This document shows, piece after piece, positions 60,898-64,000 of a stretch of DNA of 64,000 nucleotides. Every line of letters starts with the position of its first letter. Position 1 is the first letter of the stretch. The notes under the pieces are model-generated. The model was given only the letters and a program-made list of their open reading frames with translations. It was not told where the DNA came from and made no database searches. The stretch spans positions 96,001 through 160,000 of the forward strand of contig CAWCKH010000004.1 in the NCBI GenBank assembly GCA_963796055.1, given 5' to 3'. The translations under genes and the position numbers were made by a program. Source of the stretch: an uncultured delta proteobacterium (GTDB lineage Bacteria; Myxococcota; Myxococcia; Myxococcales; Myxococcaceae).

Positions 60898-60986
60898 GCA
60901 GGAAGGGCGGCGGCCAGTCGGACAAGGGGGTCGTCCGGCGCCCCGTGGTATGTAATGACAGGGTTTTCGCCGCCTCGGAGCCGTCC

Positions 60987-61850
60987 TTGCGCCCAGGTCA
61001 GTCCGCACTTCTCGCAGCCCTCACGGTGCTCGCCAGCGTCTCGGTCCTCGCCCAGTCCAGCGACGCGCTCCCCCCCCTGCCCGACTCCCGCGCCGATCCC
61101 GCGGGCGGGGCAGGCGAGATGGCCCCGATGCGCACCGGGGACAAGTCGCTGCAGGCCACCCCGCCGGCCCCCGCACCGGCGAAGCCCGGCTCCACCGCCG
61201 CACCGCCTCCTCCGCCGGGGTCCGCGCCCGCCGCCGCCGCGGTGAAGGCCAGCCCGCCCGAGGCGCTCCCTCCGGTCACCTCCGACGAGGCGTTCCAGAC
61301 GCGGGTGAAGACGCTCGAGGAGCAGGTGGTGGATCTCAAGGAGAAGATCTACCGCACCAAGGCGCGGCTGCTGCTGCTGCAAGAGACGGTGCTCGGAGGA
61401 GACCTGTCCTCGGGAGCCCGCGCGGTGCTGGTGCACAAGAACGACATGGGCGGCAGCTTCCGGCTCGAGTCGGTGGCCTACGCCCTCGACGGGGCGCCCA
61501 TCCTGACCCGCACCGACAAGGACGGCGACCTCTCCAAGCGCCCGGAGTTCGAGATCTTCAACGGCCGCATCGTCCCCGGCCAGCACCAGATCGCGGTGCG
61601 GCTCATCTACCGGGGCAAGGGCTTCGGGGTCTTCAGCTACCTCGAGGGCTACAAGTTCACCGTCAGCTCCAGCTACACCTTCACCGCCGAGCCGGGAAAG
61701 GTCACCACGGTCAAGGTGGTGGGCTACGAGAAGGGCGGGATCACCACCGAGCTGAAGGACCGGCCCGCGGTGCGCTACGACGTCGAGGTCAACCGGGAGG
61801 TGGCTCCGAAGCCCACCTCGGCGCAGGTGGAGCAAAAGGAGACGAAGTGA
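60987..61850 (+). CDS. Secreted Pro-rich / coiled-coil / beta-sandwich protein downstream of mglA
   Basis: TTG start after GGAG; signal peptide; LEEQVVDLKEKIYRTKARLLLLQETVL; G.GVFSYL.GYKF. Confidence 0.8.
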   Translation: MRPGQSALLAALTVLASVSVLAQSSDALPPLPDSRADPAGGAGEMAPMRTGDKSLQATPPAPAPAKPGSTAAPPPPPGSAPAAAAVKASPPEALPPVTSDEAFQTRVKTLEEQVVDLKEKIYRTKARLLLLQETVLGGDLSSGARAVLVHKNDMGGSFRLESVAYALDGAPILTRTDKDGDLSKRPEFEIFNGRIVPGQHQIAVRLIYRGKGFGVFSYLEGYKFTVSSSYTFTAEPGKVTTVKVVGYEKGGITTELKDRPAVRYDVEVNREVAPKPTSAQVEQKETK

Positions 61851-64000
61851 ACCCCGCCAGGGCCGCGGCGCTGCTGGCGCTGCTCGCCGTGGAGACGCCC
61901 GCCCTCGCCGCCGAGGTCAAGGTCTCGGCCTCCAGCGGGGCCAAGCTGGACCAGGTGGCGGCCCAGCTCCGCAACGCCACCGAGAACCTGGGCGTGGTCG
62001 AGACCCAGTACGTCGGTCGCGCGGACCCCTCGAACGAGCTGGTGCTGGAGCGGCGCTTCTCCGACGGGGAGATCCAGTACCTCCTCCAGGACTGGGCCAC
62101 CGCCTCGGTGCTCTTCTACGATCTGCTCGCCGACAAGGCATTCGACCACAACCCCCGCCGCCCGGATGCGCTCTGGTACCTCTCGGATGCGCTCTACCAG
62201 CAGCAGAGTTACGGCAGCGCCCGGCTCTACCTGCGCGAGCTGCTCCAGCAGGACACGCCGCGCTACCGCGAGGCGCTGAGCCGCTACCTCGACGTCACCA
62301 CCAAGCTGAACGACTGGGGGAACCTCGAGCCGTACCTGGCGAAGGCGCGCGGCCCGGACGGCCAGCTCCCGCCGGACATCGCCTACGTCCACGCCAAGTG
62401 GCTGGCCCGGAGGACCGACCTCTCCCCCGCCGAGCGGCAGCGCCAGGCCACCGAGGCCTTCCTGCCGCTCACCGGGCAGGGCAACCGCTTCCGCCTGCCG
62501 AGTCTCTACTTCCTCGGCGTCCTGCGGGTGCAGGCCCAGGACTACGAGGGGGCCATGGTGCGCTTCAGCGAGGTGGCGAACAGCAAGCCGGCCGACGAGC
62601 GCGAGCAGCGCATCGTCGAGCTCGGCCACCTGGGGCTGGCGCGGCTCCTGGTCGAGACCGGTCACGTGCCCGAGGCGGTCGATCAGTACCAGGCCATCAG
62701 CCAGGATTCGCCGGCCTTTCCCGAGGCGCTCTACGAGATGGCCTGGGCCAAGGTGCGGGCCGAGGACTGGGTCGGAGCGCGCAACGCGACCGACATCCTG
62801 CTGCTGGTGGCCCCCGACTCGCCGCTGGCCCCCGAGGGGCAGATCCTCCAGGGGCACCTGCAGCTCAAGCTCAAGAAGTACAAGGAAGCCACCGAGACGT
62901 ACAACGGCGTCATCAGCACCTACGCCCCGGTGCGCGACGAGATCGACCGGATGCTCGCGGTTCAGAAGGACCCGGTGGCCTACTTCGACAACCTCCTCGC
63001 CCGGAACGAGAAGGCCCTCGACGTGAACACGCTCCTCCCTCCGCTGGCGCTGAAGTGGGCCAGCACCCAGGATGACGTGGGCCAGGCACTGCGGGTGGTC
63101 GGCGCGCTCGAGGGCGGCAAGAAGGGTGTCACCGACAGCCGGGCCATCGCCGATCGCATCCTCAGGGCGCTGGACGAGCGCGGCGCCGAGGCCTTCCCCG
63201 CACTTCAGGAAGGGACCACCCGCGCCGAGGCGGTGGCCAACGCGCTGGCCTCGGCCGAGACCACCCTGGATTCGACCGAGGTCGAGGTCCTGGACCCGGT
63301 GCTCACCCACGACGAGCGGCTGGAGCTGGGTCGCATCCAGGCCAGCCTGGCAAGCAGCCGTGCGCGGCTCGGCGCGTTGCCCGTCACCCCTGACGAAGTC
63401 GCCGCCCGCCGCACCAAGATGCAGGCCCTGATGGACGCCGTGGACCGGGAGGCGTTCCGCCTCGGCACCGAGCTGCAGAGCATGACCGCGATGCTGGTCG
63501 CCACGCAGAAGTGGGTGGCGGACACGCGGGGGACACGGCGCGACGGGCCGGAGGACGAGAAGAAGTTCACCGAGCGGCTGCTGTCCGAGCAGCGTTCGCT
63601 GCAGGCGCTGGAGCAGGACGTGGCGAGGCTCCGCGGAGAGCTGATCGCCCAGCGCGGCCTGGTGGACACCACCATCGGCGGGGAGCAGGCCATCCGCCAG
63701 GAGATGGCCCAGGCCAGCTCCTCGATGCGGGGCATCCTCTCCGGGGTGGAGCCCCGGGCGAGCGGCGAGGGCGCGCAGTTCGTCGTTCGCACCCGGGACC
63801 TCCGCGCGCAGATCGGCACGCTCCAGCAGCGCACCACCGCGGCGCAGTCCGCGCTCCGGGATCGGGTCCGGCAGAAGGGCGTGGAGATCCGGGAGAAGGT
63901 GGTGACCGAGGCGAAGCTGCTGGACGGCTACGGCAAGGACGTGGGCCACGTCTCGGGCGACGCGCAGCAGCTGGTGGGCCGCATGGCCTACGACAGCTTC
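61847..64000 (+). CDS. Large secreted TPR / coiled-coil protein, truncated at the window end and absent from the ORF track
   Basis: GTG overlapping the previous stop; MNPARAAALLALLAVETPALA signal; DALWYLSDALY, EALYEMAW TPR-like motifs; open to 64000. Confidence 0.85.
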   Translation, partial: MNPARAAALLALLAVETPALAAEVKVSASSGAKLDQVAAQLRNATENLGVVETQYVGRADPSNELVLERRFSDGEIQYLLQDWATASVLFYDLLADKAFDHNPRRPDALWYLSDALYQQQSYGSARLYLRELLQQDTPRYREALSRYLDVTTKLNDWGNLEPYLAKARGPDGQLPPDIAYVHAKWLARRTDLSPAERQRQATEAFLPLTGQGNRFRLPSLYFLGVLRVQAQDYEGAMVRFSEVANSKPADEREQRIVELGHLGLARLLVETGHVPEAVDQYQAISQDSPAFPEALYEMAWAKVRAEDWVGARNATDILLLVAPDSPLAPEGQILQGHLQLKLKKYKEATETYNGVISTYAPVRDEIDRMLAVQKDPVAYFDNLLARNEKALDVNTLLPPLALKWASTQDDVGQALRVVGALEGGKKGVTDSRAIADRILRALDERGAEAFPALQEGTTRAEAVANALASAETTLDSTEVEVLDPVLTHDERLELGRIQASLASSRARLGALPVTPDEVAARRTKMQALMDAVDREAFRLGTELQSMTAMLVATQKWVADTRGTRRDGPEDEKKFTERLLSEQRSLQALEQDVARLRGELIAQRGLVDTTIGGEQAIRQEMAQASSSMRGILSGVEPRASGEGAQFVVRTRDLRAQIGTLQQRTTAAQSALRDRVRQKGVEIREKVVTEAKLLDGYGKDVGHVSGDAQQLVGRMAYDSF

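Overview
A 64-kb GC-rich chromosomal segment of a myxobacterium (Myxococcota), assigned from mglB-mglA, a myxobacterial M36 peptidase, ZnR-GYF-TPR proteins and an ADYC-domain protein. Gene order: truncated M36 peptidase; branched-chain amino acid ABC transporter; SahR-type regulator-metH-core methionine synthase operon; CoA-binding, SirB1 and NUDIX genes; ECF sigma / zf-HC2 anti-sigma / TPR-CHAT protease module with small peptide ORFs; tauE-moaC-Cys/Met lyase-trxB; radC-recQ; large TPR proteins; a 1-kb structured non-coding region; a lipid/glycan modification operon with one frameshifted GT2; serS, four tRNA-Ser, tRNA-Arg(ACG), tadA, ffs, dnaX-ybaB-recR; a kinase-STAND-FGE plus ADYC pair; an oxidoreductase and S9 peptidase; mglBA and the start of a downstream TPR cluster. 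Best leads: (1) dnaX is split at CCC_TTT_CGC_GGC_TGA, consistent with a +1 programmed frameshift that makes tau, with gamma as the zero-frame product (the reverse of E. coli). (2) An unannotated ~80-nt sRNA with a near-consensus sigma-54 promoter and intrinsic terminator, back-to-back with a ~600-nt structured, possibly switchable element. (3) An ECF/anti-sigma/CHAT module in which two small secreted-peptide ORFs share an identical 12-bp upstream motif. No CRISPR, rRNA, transposase or integrase was seen. All calls are by eye from the sequence and the ORF track; no searches were run.
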